This document shows positions 49,621 to 63,169 of a stretch of 64,000 nt of DNA, piece by piece. Source of the DNA: Camelus ferus (taxonomy: Eukaryota); contig NC_045697.1 of NCBI RefSeq assembly GCF_009834535.1, forward strand, positions 55,864,001-55,928,000, in the 5' to 3' direction. The first letter of the stretch is position 1. Each line of letters starts with the position of its first letter. The notes below the pieces were generated by a model. That model did no database searches. It saw nothing but the letters and a program-made list of their open reading frames with translations, and was not told the DNA's origin. A program made the position numbers and the translations under genes.

Positions 49621-51479
49621 TGTGTGCCAAATTTAAAAGGTGAGAGGGAACAATGGGTATGTTATCAACTGCTCCAGCAAAGGGTGTTTACCTTAAATTT
49701 TTAAAAAATATATCAAAAAGTTGAAACAAACTAACATTTTTAAGGCTACAACCAATGATCACTTTTGAAGGTTGGTGATTATTCAGTAGGAATAAGAGCT
49801 AAAAATTATAACTTTCCATTCCATACGACTCTGTATTAGACTGACAAATTAGCCAGTAGTCTCCTGACACTAAGATCTGAAGTGCTACCATTTGAATAAA
49901 AAATTTTCTTCATCTAGTCTTCTTTGAAAGTACAAATATAAGTAAGATTGGCATTGTGAATTATTAGTTCTTAACATGAAGGAGTTTACCTAATCAGTTT
50001 TTTTCATGAAATGTAGGAAACTACCATTTGTAAGATATAGATTACAGAAAAATAGAGATAATGGTGCTAAATGAAAAGTCTGAAATTGCAAGAGAAAAAA
50101 ATATTACTCTTTCAAGGATTTGTTTCATATTTCAAAATGGCTATGCAGGCAAATTCACAAGAATGAGAAGCAATTTTCCAAAGTCTGTGATCTACTGTTT
50201 TCATTTCTCTGGGAAAGGTCCATGAAAAACATTGAGAGAAATGCTTGAGTAGGAGTTGATGTCTTAAAAAGAGTGCTTCATACTCATCGTTGGCCAAATT
50301 AGGCTTTTGGCAGCAATAAGCTGGATAACAAATTTCTGTCTTTATAAATCAACCTCTAAATTATAATATTTTCTGTATTGAACAACTTCATAGAACACTG
50401 ATTTGTGCTAAAAAAGGAATGTTGGTAAAATTGATGCATTAACTGATTTATTATGATGTGTAAAATAAGAATATTAGCAACTAAACAAACATGAGCCTTT
50501 GAACAAATTAGAATTTCTTGTACGCTTAGTTTCCTAATACACAAAATGAAAGAACTGAAATAAAATGTCCATGTGAGTTTTGAAATATCTCCATCCTATG
50601 AGTGATCTTGTTTTTAGCCTTTAAAGCAGGGTCCACATTGGCTTTAGAGATGGTCTAAACAGTCAGGCTTTTCTTTCAAAAACAAGAGGTCATTATCAGT
50701 GACATCAACATAAATTGCCTGTGTCCTTTAAGCCTGCATTGCTCAAATATCATATCTTTTGAATTATTCCAAGAACAGAAGGAACAGTTTGACGTGAACA
50801 AGAGGGTAAACGCTAGTGCCATAATTCTCAGATGCCTGTCACAAAAATTGGAGACACAGTTTATTGCAATCAGGGGTGATTTCTATAAAGGAATAATAAA
50901 GAGAAAAACCTGTCACCAAAAGTGGTTTTGAATAAAGGAGAAATCCAGAAGAAATAAAGTATTATTACTTTGAAATCTGACATCTTTTTACCTCCTGAAA
51001 TTCCAGTGTGTATTGACTGACTTTGTAGTTTACTCTGTTACATGTAGGCAGAAAAATGAAAGCTCTAATGTCAAGGACTAAAGAGAAGTATATGTAAGAC
51101 TGTCACACCATCATCATCATCATCAATCATGCTGTTAAAATCCTATAGGGTGTATAACACTGTGCTATGAATAATGAGTTCTCTTCTCCCCAGTTTAGCT
51201 TAGAATGTATTTCCAGACTGTTTCAGAGGAAGGAAAACGCTCCATCTCATCTATCTCCACTCCTGAGACTCTATCACTTACAATTATGGGGAATATAGCC
51301 TAAAAGTGACCTATTATTCCTGAGAAAGGTAAACACAGAAGTACATTTTTTCCTTCCCTTTGGTATCTTTTTATTTTGTAATACATGATTTCCCCCTCCC
51401 TGTTTTTTATATACATAAAACTGATAAAAATTAAAACTACATTTACAAAGAATGTCATCTCTCTCATATACATGCAGTC

Positions 51480-52780
51480 CTAAAACTAACTGACAAATTT
51501 AAAAAGTTAGGTATAAAAACACAATCAAAGCAATAGTCAAAGAGATAACAGACCAATTTGTAGAACTGGTGGGAGGTATGATTTCTTATAGGCAAGTTTT
51601 AATATCAAGCAGGATAAATACAAAGACATTCATAGCTAGATATAAAGTAGTAAAACTGAAAAAAGTAACTAAAATACATGAAAAGTATCAGATATAAAAG
51701 ATAGATTGTCTACAAATAAAAATATTTACACTGTCATTCAACTTCTTAATGCAAAAATGGAAGTCAGAAATCAGTGGAATGTCTTTGAAATCCCAGAGAA
51801 AATAACTATAAATCTTGAATTGTATACTAGTGAAGTCATATTTCAAAAATAGTGAATAAATTAAAAATATTTCAAACATAGTATGTATTTACTACCAACA
51901 AATTCATGAAAAGAGTACATTTCCTAAAGATGGTTTGCTATGCAAGAAAAAATAGTAAACAAATGAAATAGTAAACTTTCTTTTCAGGGAATATAAATAA
52001 ACAAAAATTACAATAGCAACAATAAAAACTCTAACTTTTGGACTCAGGAAAAGATAGATACAAAAAACTACAAAATAATAGCAATAAACTAAGAAGTGGG
52101 TAAAGCATTTAGAGGTAAAATTCTAAGATCTTTGTATTGTTCATAGAAAACAAGATATGATTGAGAAAGACCCATTCTGTCTAAGATGCAGATTGCTAGA
52201 AATAGCCACAGTCTAAACCTAACAATAATAAAAAGCTCTCTGAAAACAACAGAGGGCTGAGGTCACAAGACCAAGTAGCCCAAAATCTAAGATCCTCCAA
52301 GAAGAGACAGGGCCTACATCCTGAATGACCTGTGGCAGTATATAGGGAAAAAAACAGAAATTATGTAAGAGGATGAAAAGAAACCAGCTAATTTTTTTTA
52401 AACATATTGCTAGAGGCTACATGTGGGCTAGAATGAGAATATAGAAAAATATATAAACACAGAAATAGAGGACCATAGACATAAGAAGAGTTTATACTCA
52501 CTTGCAAGCTCTTTTCCATAAACTTCTACCAAGGTCATGAAAGAGACTGAATACAGGGAAGACTGAAGAAGGCGTCCCTTGGTGATGCCATTCTAGAGGA
52601 TGGATGGAGCCACTGACTAAAGGAAAGGATGAGCCTCTGCCCAGAGTCATCACTCCTATAGAACAAAATACTTCTCATGCTGGGGAGGGGCAGCAAACAT
52701 TATTGTTCCTGAGGTACAGATGAAGACAGAAGACAGTAGAGCGAGATTTTTTTAAGTACTGAAAAAAATAACAAACTATC
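51480..52780 (+). mobile_element. Old L1M/HAL1-type ORF1 and 5'-region remnants (host of the young L1)
   Basis: aatggaagtcagaaatcagtggaatgtctttgaaa...; agaagacagtagagcgagatttttttaagtactgaaaaaaataacaaactatc resembles the old L1 ORF1 3' region. Confidence 0.6.
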
Positions 52781-54050
52781 CGCGGACGGAGAAGATGGCG
52801 CAGTAGAAGGACGCTCCCAGGTCACCCTCTCCCACAAATACACCAAGACCCACATCTACAGACCCACTCAGGCAACCAGAGCACCTGTGGAACTCCGACA
52901 AAACATCGCCCTCTTCAAAAGATAAACAGGCCAAAAATCTGGTAGGAGAAAAGGAAAAAAGAAAGAACAAAAGGCAAAGCAGCGCGGGACGGGTCCCGCG
53001 GGGAGGGAGCAGCGGAGGAGGACTGGCGCTCGCTCGCTGGGTCTCTCCTCTCCAACTGAGAGGCCAGCGGGACGGAGGGAGAGCCTCCGAGGCTCGGATC
53101 TGTACAGAGCAGCCCTTGACTAACAGAACTAAGTTAAACGGGCACAGAGCGTCCCCACGACACCCAGCCTGAGATGCAGGCCGGCAGCCGCAGGCAGGGC
53201 CAGGCTGCACAAGCCGGGCGGAGGACGGAAGTGGCTGCACGGAGGCAGCCCCGGAGGAACGCAAGGGGCTGCACGCCGTGGCTGTGGGTGCACAGGGCAG
53301 AACAACCTGGGCCCTCCATAAAACAGCAAGGTTGATGTGCTCTCGGGGGAAGGGTGCACACCCCCATCTCTGAAAACCCGCGGAAACTTTTCGGGGGAAG
53401 AGAGGCGCGGTTCAGGCACAGCCGCCATATCCTCCGAGCTTAGCACTCAGGCGGGGGCAGGGGCTAAACCTGCATCCGCACTGAAGGGCTTAGCAGCCTC
53501 AAAGGCCAGACTGAGACTGGCCTGCAGCCCAGGGCAGATAGGATCCTTCCATCCTGGTCCCTCAGAGAACTTGCTCCACAAAGACAAACAAGGAGCTGGG
53601 TTTTGGCTCGGAGCAGGGACAGGGCTGTCACTCGGTCTTCCCAGAGCCCACCCGCGGAGCGCCGACCAGGGCGGAGCGCGCAGCCGCACAGAGAGCGGAA
53701 CTACCGGCAGCAGCGCAGGTAGAGCGAGAGCGGCCACCCGCCTTTCGGGCAGGAACACAGCCCCTGACCGAGGTGCTGGGAGGGGGCACGACCCGCCCTC
53801 CTACCCGGCCAGTCTGCAACATCTGACTGCGGCATCCGTAAGGGCAGTGACCCGCCCGCCCACAGCAGAAGAGAGCTGCACCTGACCTAGTGTTAGGAGG
53901 AGGCGCGATCTGCTTGCCGACAGGTGCTGGGAGCAGCACAGAAGAGGGCGCCAACGGAGGGCCTCTGAAAACAGCAAGCTGAGCTTCCAAAACAGGACGA
54001 AGACAGAAAGACTTCACATTAAAAGCACACAGACTCCAGGAGAACACCGA
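52781..54050 (+). promoter_or_regulatory. L1 internal promoter / CpG island with YY1-like site
   Basis: AAGATGGCG at 52792-52800 near the 5' terminus; dense intact CpGs in a CpG-poor window. Confidence 0.8.
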
Positions 54051-54457
54051 CAAACCCCCCCCCCTTTTATTTTTAAATCTGTTTTTACCTGTTCTATTTT
54101 CTATTACTCTCTTAATCTTTACTTCTTAATTCATTTCTATTTCTCTTGGGTTTTGATGTCCTGCTATTGATTAGACACAGGTTTCAAATACATCTATTCA
54201 TCTCCCCCCCACTTTTTTTGCAAAGGTTTCAAAAGGACGTCTCAACCCGATTAATACTCTGCTTCAACTCACTCTTCTATTATTCATTATACACTGTTTT
54301 CAAACCCTCTTTCTCCCTTCTTTTAAAATTCTCTCTCTCTCTTATTTTTTTTTTCTTTTTTTCCTAAGTTCTATTCCTAAATAGGCATCAGATAGATAAA
54401 ATCCTTAAGGACCAAAATAAACAACTGATACTCCATAAACCACAGTGCCAAAGAGGT

Positions 54458-55360
54458 ATGAGCAAGATGAAGAAGCAGAAAAACCTTTCCCATTTAAAAG
54501 AACAAGAGAAATCCCCTGAAAGAAAGATCAACAAAATAGACATCGATAGCCTACTAGATCAAGATTTCAAAAAAGGAGTGATCGAATTGCTGAAGGAATT
54601 AAAAGAGATAGTGTTTAGAGATATAAAATATGTCAAAAATGAAATTGAAGCTATAAAGAAGAGCCAAGTAGAATGGGTAAACTCATTGACAGAGATGAGG
54701 AATGACCTAATAGCTGTGCAAAGCCGACTAGATAATGCAGAGGAATGAATTAGCGATCTAGAAGACAGGGCAATAGAAAGCACCCACTCAGAAGAACTAC
54801 AAGAGAAGCAAATAAAAAATAATGAAAATAGCATAAGGGACCTATGGGATAAAATAAAGCGTCCCAATCTTCACATAATAGGGGTCCCAGAAGGAGAAGA
54901 AAGATCAAAGGGGATTGAAAAGGTTTTTGAAGAAAGCATAACTGAAAACTTCCCAAACTTAAAGAAGGAAACAGATATCCAAGTACAGGAAGCTCAGAGG
55001 GTCCCAAACAGGAAGAACCCAAATAGACCCACACCAAGACATATCATAATCAAGATGGCCAGAGGCAAGGATAAAGAAATGATTCTAAAGGCAGCAAGAG
55101 AAAAGCAAAGAGTAAGTTACAAGGGAACCCCCATAAGGCTCTCAGCTGATTTCTCTACACAAACACTACAGGCCAGAAGGGAGTGGCAAGATCTATTCAA
55201 AGCCCTGAATGAAAAAAAGATGCAGCCTAGGATCCTTTATCCAGCAAGGCTATCCTTGACGATAGAAGGAGAAATAAAGAGTTTCACAGACAAAAAAAAG
55301 CTGCAGGAGTTTAGCAACACTAAACCCATGCTAAAAGAAATATTGAAAGGGCTATTCTAA
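54458..55360 (+). pseudogene. L1 ORF1p (300 codons) with a single nonsense codon
   Basis: One frame from MSKMKKQKN to LKGLF*; the only stop is TGA at 54746-54748 in EE*IS (probable CGA>TGA). Confidence 0.95.
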
Positions 55361-55760
55361 ATAGAAAAGCAGCAGGATGCTACAGAAATGAGAAACACAC
55401 AACTGGAAAGGTGCTAACTCATGAATTACAAATAAAGTAAACATGAAATTATAAAAGAAGACATACAAATCACTGAGAGTGGGCGAGGGAGGCAGGGAAA
55501 TATAGAATATCTTTTTCTTTTTTAAATTTTTTTAACAGTAGGATGGGTTTGAGATCATGTTACTATCAGTTTAATAAAAACAGTTATAGTAATGGGTTGA
55601 TAGATTTACAAAAAAGCGTAACCACAAGCCAAAAATTTAAAAGGAGTCACAAAAATTAAATAAAATCCATGATAATACAAAGGAAAATTACCAAACCACA
55701 AAAGGAAGAAGAAAGGAACAAAGAGGATATACCAATTCAACTAGCAAAGATAAGTTCAAA

Positions 55761-58700
55761 ATGGCAATAAACACACATCTATCATTAATTACTGTAAATG
55801 TTAATGGACTAAATGCTCCAGTCAAAAGACACAGAGTGGCAGACTGGATAATAAAGCAAGAACCTTCAATATGCTGCATACAAGAGACCCACTTTAGGGA
55901 GAAGGACACATATAGATTGAGAGGGAAAGGATGGAAAAGGATATTCCATGCAAATGGAAAAGCCAAAAAAGCAGGTGTTGCAGTACTGATTTCAGACAAA
56001 ATAGACTTTAAAACAAAGGCCATCAAGAAAGATAAAGAAGGACATTTTATAATGATTAAAGGAGTGATACAAGATGAGGATATTACACTCGTTAATATAT
56101 ATGCACCCAATATAGGAGCACCTAAGTACATACAAGAATTACTAACAGAGATGAAGGGGGATATTGATGGGAATACAATCATAGTTGGAGATTTTAACAC
56201 TGCATTAACATCACTAGACAGATCTTCCAGACAGAAAATAAACAAGGTAACAGAGAAATTAAATACTACAATAGAAAAACTAGATTTGGCGGATATTTTC
56301 AGAGCATTACACCCCCCAAAAATAGGATATACATTCTTTTCAAGTGCACATGGAACATTTTCCAGGATCGATCATGTACTTGGGCACAAAAGAAACCTCA
56401 ACAATTTTAAGAAGATAGAAATTATCTCAAGCATCTTTACTGACCACAATGCCATGAAACTGGAAATCAACAACAGAGAAACAAAGGAGAAAAAAAGGAA
56501 AGCATGGAGATTAAACAATATGTTATTGAAAAAACAATGGATCAATGAGGAAATCAAAGCTGAAATTAAAAAATACCTTGAGACAAATGATAATGAAAGC
56601 ACAACCACTCAAAACCTATGGGACACAGCAAAGGCAGTGCTAAGAGGGAAGTTTATAGCGATACAGGCCTTCCTCAAAAAAGAAGAACAATCTCAGATAA
56701 ACAATTTAACCCTACCACCTGAATGAATTAGAAAAAGAAGAACAAAAAGCCCCAAAAAGCAGCAGAAGGAAGGAAATAATAAAGATCAGAGAGGAATTAA
56801 ATACAATAGAGATTAACAAGACCATAGAAAAAATCAACGAAACCAAACGCTGGATTTTTGAAGAAGTAAATAAAATCGACAAACCTCTGGCCAAACTCAC
56901 AAAGAAGAAAAAAGAGAGAGCACAAATTAGCAAAATAAGAAAGGAAAATGGAGAAATTACAACAAACAAAATAGAAATACAGAATATCATATGAGAATAT
57001 TATGAAAAACTATATGGAACCAAACTGGATAACCTAGAGGAGATGGACAAGTTTCTGGAAACATACTGTCCACCAAAACTGAATCAAGAAGAATCTGAAC
57101 ACTTGAACAATCCGATCACTAGAAAGGAAATAGAAATAGCAATTAAAAACCTCCCTACAAATAAAAGTCCAGGACCGGACGGCTTCACCGGGGAATTCTA
57201 CCAAACATACAAAGAAGAACTCATACCAGTCCTTCTCAAACTCTTCCAGACGATTGAAAAGGAGGGAATACTCCCAAACTCATTCTATGAAGCCACCATC
57301 ACCGTCATACCAAAACCAGGCAAAGACACTACAAAAAAAGAGAATTATAGGCCAATATCACTGATGAACATAGACGCCAAAATCCTCACCAAAATTTTAG
57401 CAAATAGAATCCAACAACACATAAAAAAGATTATACATCATGACCAAGTGGGGTTCATCCCAGGGACACAAGGCTGGTTCAACATACGCAAATCAATCAG
57501 TGTAATACATCACATCAAAAAGAGAAAGGACAAAAACCACATGATCATCTCAATAGATGTAGAAAAAGCATTTGATAAAATTCAACACCCATTTATGATA
57601 AAAAATCTCGCCAAAGTGGGTATAGAGGGAACATATGTCAACAAAATAAAAGCTATATATGACAAACCTACAGCCAGCATAGTACTCAACAGTGAAAAAC
57701 TCAAAAGCTTCCCACTAAAATCTGGGACAAGACAAGGATGCCCACTATCACCACTCCTATTCAACATAGTCCTGGAAGTCCTAGCCACAGCAGTCAGGCA
57801 AGAGAAAGAAATAAAAGGGATCCAAATTTGAAAAGAAGAGGTAAAAGTGTCATTATATGCTGATGACATGTTACTATATATAGAAAACCCTAAAAGGTCC
57901 ACACAAAAACTACTAGAGCTGATTGAAGAATTCAGCAAGGTAGCACGTTACACAATTAACGTTCAAAAATCAGTTGCATTTCTTTACACTAACGATAAAT
58001 CAACAGAAGAAGAAAGTAAAGAAACAATCCCCTTTAAATAGCACCCACAGTAATAAAATATCTGGGAATAAATCTAACCAAGGAGGTGAAAGAATTATAC
58101 ACAGAAAACTAGAAACCATTGATGAAGGAAATTAAAGAAGACTTTAAAAAATGGAAAGATATTCCATGTTCCTGGATTGGAAGAATCAATATTGTTAAAA
58201 TGGTCACACTGCCCAAGGCAATCTACAGATTTAATGCAATCCCTATCCAATTACCCAGGACATATTTCACAGAACTAGAAAAAATCATAATAAAATTCAT
58301 ATGGAACCATCAAAGACCTAGAATTGCCAAAGCATTACTGAAGAGAAAGAAAGAGGCTGGAGGAATAACTCCCAGACTTCAGCAATACTATGGAGCTACA
58401 GTCATCAAGACAGCATGGTATTGGTACCAAAACAGACATATAGACCAATGGAACAGAATAGAGAGCCCAGAAATGAACCCACAAACTTTTGGTCAACTCA
58501 TCTTCGACAAAGGAGGCAAGAATATACATTGGAATAAAGACAGTCTCTTCAGCAAATGGTGTTGGGAAAACTGGACAGCAGCATGTAAAACAATGAAGCT
58601 AGAACACTCCCTTACACCATATACAAAAATCAACTCAAAATGGATTAAAGACTTAAACATAAGACAAGATACAATAAACCTCCTAGAGGAAAACATAGGC

Positions 58701-59552
58701 AAAACATTATCTGACATACATTTCAAAAATTTTCTCCTAGAAGAAATAAAAGCAAGAATAAACAAATGGGACCTAATGAAACTTAGAAGCTTCTGCACAG
58801 CAAAGGAAACCAGAAATAAAACAAGAAGAAAACCTACGGAATGGGAGAAAATTTTTGCAAGTGAAACCGACAAAGGCTTGATCTCCAGAATATATAAGCA
58901 GCTCATATGACTTACTAAGAAAAAAGCAAACAACCCAATCCAAAACTGGGCAGAAGACCTAAACAAGCAATTCTCCAAGGAAGATATACAAATGATCAAA
59001 AAGCACATGAAAAAATGCTCAATATCACTAATTATCAGAGAAATGCAAATCAAAACTACAATGAGGTATCACCTCACACCAGTCAGAATGGCCGTCATTC
59101 AAAAATCCACAAATGACTAATGCTGGAGAGGCTGTGGAGAAAGGGGAACCCTCCTACACTGCTGGTGGGAATGCAGTTTGGTGCAGCCACTATGGAAAAC
59201 AGTGCAGAGATTCCTCAAAAGACTAGGAATAGACTTACCATATGACCCAGGAATCCCACTCCTGGGCTTGTATCCAGAAGGAAATCTACTTCAGGATGAC
59301 ACCTGCACCCCAATGTTTATACCAGCACTATTTACAATAGCCAAAACATGGAAACAGCCTAAATGTCCATCAACAGGTGACTGGATAAAGAAGAAGTGGT
59401 ATATTTATACAATGGAATACTACTCAGCCATAAAAACTGACAACATAATGCCATTTGCAGCAACATGGATGCTCCTGGAGAATGTCATTCTAAGTGAAGT
59501 AAGCCAGAAAGGGAAAGAGAAATACCGTATGAATCTCATATGTGGAATCTAA
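55761..59552 (+). pseudogene. L1 ORF2p, disrupted
   Basis: EN domain open 55761-56710; frameshifts near 56712, 58035 and 58370; stops at 56992, 57829, 58110, 58908 and 59118; YADD at 57856-57867; [18 protein letters not shown] near 59121-59175. Confidence 0.96.
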
Positions 59553-59885
59553 AAAACAAAAACAAAAACAAACAAACAAACAAAAACAAAGCGTAAATAA
59601 AGGATAGAAATAGACTCACAGACAGAGAATACAGACTTGTGGTTACCAGGAGGGTGGAGGGTGGGAAGGGATAGACTGGGATTTCAAAATTGTAGAATAG
59701 ACTACACTGTATAGCACAGGGAAATATACACAAAATGTTATGATAACTCACAGAGAAAAAAATGTGACAATGAATGTGTATATGTCCATGAATAACTGAA
59801 AAATTGTGCTGAACACTGGAATTTGACACAACATTGTAAAATGATTATAAATGAATAAAAAATGTTTAAAAAAAAAGAAACTATC

Positions 59886-60365
59886 AGCAAAAATATCTTT
59901 CAGAATTTAAGATGATTAAATGAGTATTTTCTTGAGACAAAGAAAATCTGAGAGAAACCATTTCCAGTATAATAAATCTTAAAGACTCTTGTTTAGGAAG
60001 AAGAAACATAATACCGAACAGAAGCATAAATTTACGAAAAGAAATAAAGGTCTCTGTAAATGGTGAAAAGAGAGGAAAATATTTTTAAAACATATTTCTT
60101 ATTTTAATTACTCTAAAACTAGTGTATAAAGCAAAAATATTAACAATATATTTTGGTATTTATAACAAATGTAACAGTAAAACGCGTGACAACAATAAAA
60201 CAAAATATGAGAGAGATGAACTGAAAGCATAAGGTTGCAAGTTTCCTATAGTAGGCATAAAGAAGTATAATATTATTTGAAGGTGGGACCTGATTAATAA
60301 AAGCTTAAACCACAGGGAATACAGGTATAAATAATAATTCATAGATGGAGATAAAATGAAATACA
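59886..60365 (+). mobile_element. Continuation of the old L1M split by the young L1
   Basis: agcaaaaatatctttcagaa...gacaaagaaaatctgagagaa continues the ORF1-end sequence interrupted at 52780. Confidence 0.65.
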
Positions 60366-60377
60366 CTGTTAAAATTC

Positions 60378-61370
60378 ATATAGCTTATTCTAAGTCTTGA
60401 TATCTGGTAATTTAAGTCCACCCAATTTGTTCTTCAATATTTTCTGAGCTAGTCATTGTCCTCTGTAACAACATATGAATTTTAGGACAACCCTATCAAT
60501 TTTAATAAAAAAACTGTTAGTATGTTGATTGGAATTACATCACATATTCAAAAAATTTGGGCAGAATTGACGTAGTTATGGTATCTAGTAATTTAGTTCA
60601 AAAATCTGATAAAATGCTCATTTAGGTTTGTCTTTAAACTGTCTCTATATTGATTTGTATTTATATATGTGAATATACAAATTAATTTTTAGTTTTATTC
60701 GTGAGTACTTAAATTTTGTGATTTTTAAGTTGTACATTTTTATGAATTTCATATTCTACTCATTTTTACAGGTAAATACAATAGATTTATTTCTAGAAAA
60801 CTTACTAATTCACTTATTAATTACAGTAGTTAATCAGTGTTTTCTTTTGGGCTTACTGCATTAAAAAGTCATGTCAATCATGAACAATGACCTATTACTT
60901 CTCCCTTTCTGATATGTACACCATTTATTTATTTATTTTACCTTATTGTATGGCTGGAAATAATGATCAAATGTTAAATATACGTGTTGATAGTAAAAAT
61001 CCAGAGTCAAAAGAAAAGCCCATTTCCAAGGAAAATCCTTCAACTCATGATGCTTGCTGTAGTATTTGTTTTCCTCTTCTCACTGTTGTTAGTTATCCTT
61101 TATGAGGTTAAGGAAGTTCTCACCTATTCCTGCTTTAGTAAAATTTTTTATTATAAAGTGTTAACTTCTATTAATTTATTTTCTGCATCTTAAAATAGTC
61201 CTATAACTTTTTGCTATTATTTTGTTAAAATGGTAAATTATCTTGACCACTGTCTAACAAAAGTTAATTTTACATTCTTGATTAGGAGTGGTAATATTTG
61301 TTATAGGATTTTTGCATCAAGGTTCATGGAAGTTATTGGCCTTCATTTTCTCTTTCTTGTAATAACTTTG
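60378..61370 (-). mobile_element. Old L1ME-type ORF2 fragment
   Basis: taagtcttgatatctggta...atatgaattttagga...ttgattggaattacat...ataggatttttgcatcaaggttcatg. Confidence 0.75.
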
Positions 61371-61382
61371 ATAGTTGAGGGT

Positions 61383-61566
61383 CAGAGATACATGTCTCTA
61401 TATGGTATAGCACAGGGAAAAATATACAAGATGTTGTAGTAGCTCATGGTGAAACAAGAATATGAATATGAACATGAATATGTGTGACTGAAAAGTTGTG
61501 CTGTACACAAGAAATTGACACAACATTGTAAACTGACTATAAATTTTAAAAAATGTGTTTCAAAAA
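61383..61566 (+). mobile_element. Short L1 3'UTR tail
   Basis: gtatagcacagggaaaaatatacaagatg...gaaattgacacaacattgtaaactgactata; close to the 59700-59860 type. Confidence 0.88.
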
Positions 61567-61959
61567 GTGAGTTAAGAATTATTCATCCAATAAGACATTT
61601 GGCCAGGATAAGCAGAAAAGGAAGAAATAAGGTAAAAGGAATGCATTTTTTTAACTCAGGAAGTTTACTTTCTCTAAAAGACTAAGTTGTCTTAATATTG
61701 ATAAAATTTAAGTTAATGAGGATAAATTTTGCATATTTTATATTACTGAAACTGTGTATTATTGGTCAATTTATTTTAAGATGTGCATTGTACCATCAGG
61801 CAAATCTGGCTACACCTATGCATAATTTGAGAAGGGAACTGGGCCACAGTGTACATTCTTGGCAAAAATATTTAATGTGTCCCTGGGGTATACTTAAATT
61901 TAGTAATGTCCTGATAAATTTTAGATGTATATAGGGCAACATCTACAAGAAATCATATA

Positions 61960-62248
61960 CAGGCATAACTTGGAGATATGGTGAATTTAGTTACAGACCA
62001 CTGCAATAAAGTGAATGCAGCAATAAAGCTGTTTCCTAGTGAAAATATAACTTATGTTTATATTATACTATAGTCTATTAAGTGTGCAATAACACGTCTA
62101 AATTTTTTAATTAATTTTAAAAATATTTTATTCCTAAAAATTGTTAACCTTCATCTGACAATGCAAGATTATCAAAACCCTTTAATTTATAAAAAATATA
62201 ATATCTGTAAAGTGCAATAAAGCAAATAATAATAAAATGATGTGCCCG
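61960..62248. mobile_element. Tigger1-derived MITE (Tigger1a_Art-like)
   Basis: TA|caggcataacttggagatat...gaccactgcaataaagtgaat...tagtctattaagtgtgcaata...tgtgcccg|TA; both Tigger1 termini and TA target duplication. Confidence 0.85.
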
Positions 62249-63169
62249 TAAAATCTTGGGGTGTTGAGCTGCCCATCCTATTAATACTATGTTGAAACAT
62301 AGGAACGGTACAAAGGATTAGCGTTGTGAAGATGTGGGCAAAAGATTTCTGAGGATGTGCTATCCTGTCTCAAGGGAAAGCTATGCTTTTGTGCTAAGTG
62401 CAGAGTTTGAAGTAAAAAGGAAGAAATTCCATGTAGAAGAGTTTAAGTGAAGTATTCTACCCTCAAGGAAGAATGCAAGTCCTCTCCCTTCCTCTCCACT
62501 TACAAAGAAAGAATTGTCACATGGATCACAGCATGAGTGTTGTTCTTCATTACTAGATCTGGGCTCCTCAAAGAGAGCAGTATGTTTTTGGCTTGACTTT
62601 GGTGGTGTTTTGCAATGAGATAGTTCTTTGCAATGTTTTGTGTTGCTATTTTTTCAGGTTCTTTTCCTAGTGAGGCTGTGTAGTCTGATAGCCTCGTGCT
62701 TCCTCTTTTTCCTTTTCAGACATTAAATGTCCAAGTGGAAATGTAAGTTATAAAGATAAGAACTCAAGGAAAATATTATTTAAGTTTAGTTTTATATCAG
62801 TCTTATCCTAAGGGCCAATAATATTCCTCATGGTTTAATCAAATCTTAGTGAGAATTACGAGATAATGGAAATACATAGTGATTTGGGGCCGAAGCTCCA
62901 GTAAGTAACCAGCAAAAATTTTAATTCAGTGGTAGAAGTACACATCAAGTGTCCAGCAGGTTGGCTGGTAGTCTTTTGGGTATCTAAGACCTAGGAATAC
63001 TGTTCAAATATTTTTCTATCAAACACATAGCTAAAAACTTTATTTATTTAATTATAAACTACCATACAACATATCAAATATCACAAAAAAGTTAGAAATA
63101 AAATGATACATGAAATTCAAGAAGAAGAGAGTAAAATAAGTAACAAAAATTAAAAGGAAAGTGTGCTTA

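Larger units (their letters stand above)
52781..59877 (+). mobile_element. Young full-length LINE-1 (about 7.1 kb), now inactive
   Basis: GC/CpG-rich 5'UTR, ORF1, 400-bp spacer, ORF2 (EN, RT with YADD, CCHC), 3'UTR, AATAAA and A-tail; TSD aaactatc at 52773-52780 and 59878-59885 (11 bp with one mismatch). Confidence 0.98.

Noticed and set aside
52776..54053. 100-180 aa ORFs on both strands of the young L1 5'UTR (ORF0-like)
   Set aside because: Expected in GC-rich, stop-poor sequence; no recognisable homology.
54559..59829. Long minus-strand ORFs over the young L1
   Set aside because: Antisense shadows of A-rich L1 ORF1/ORF2.
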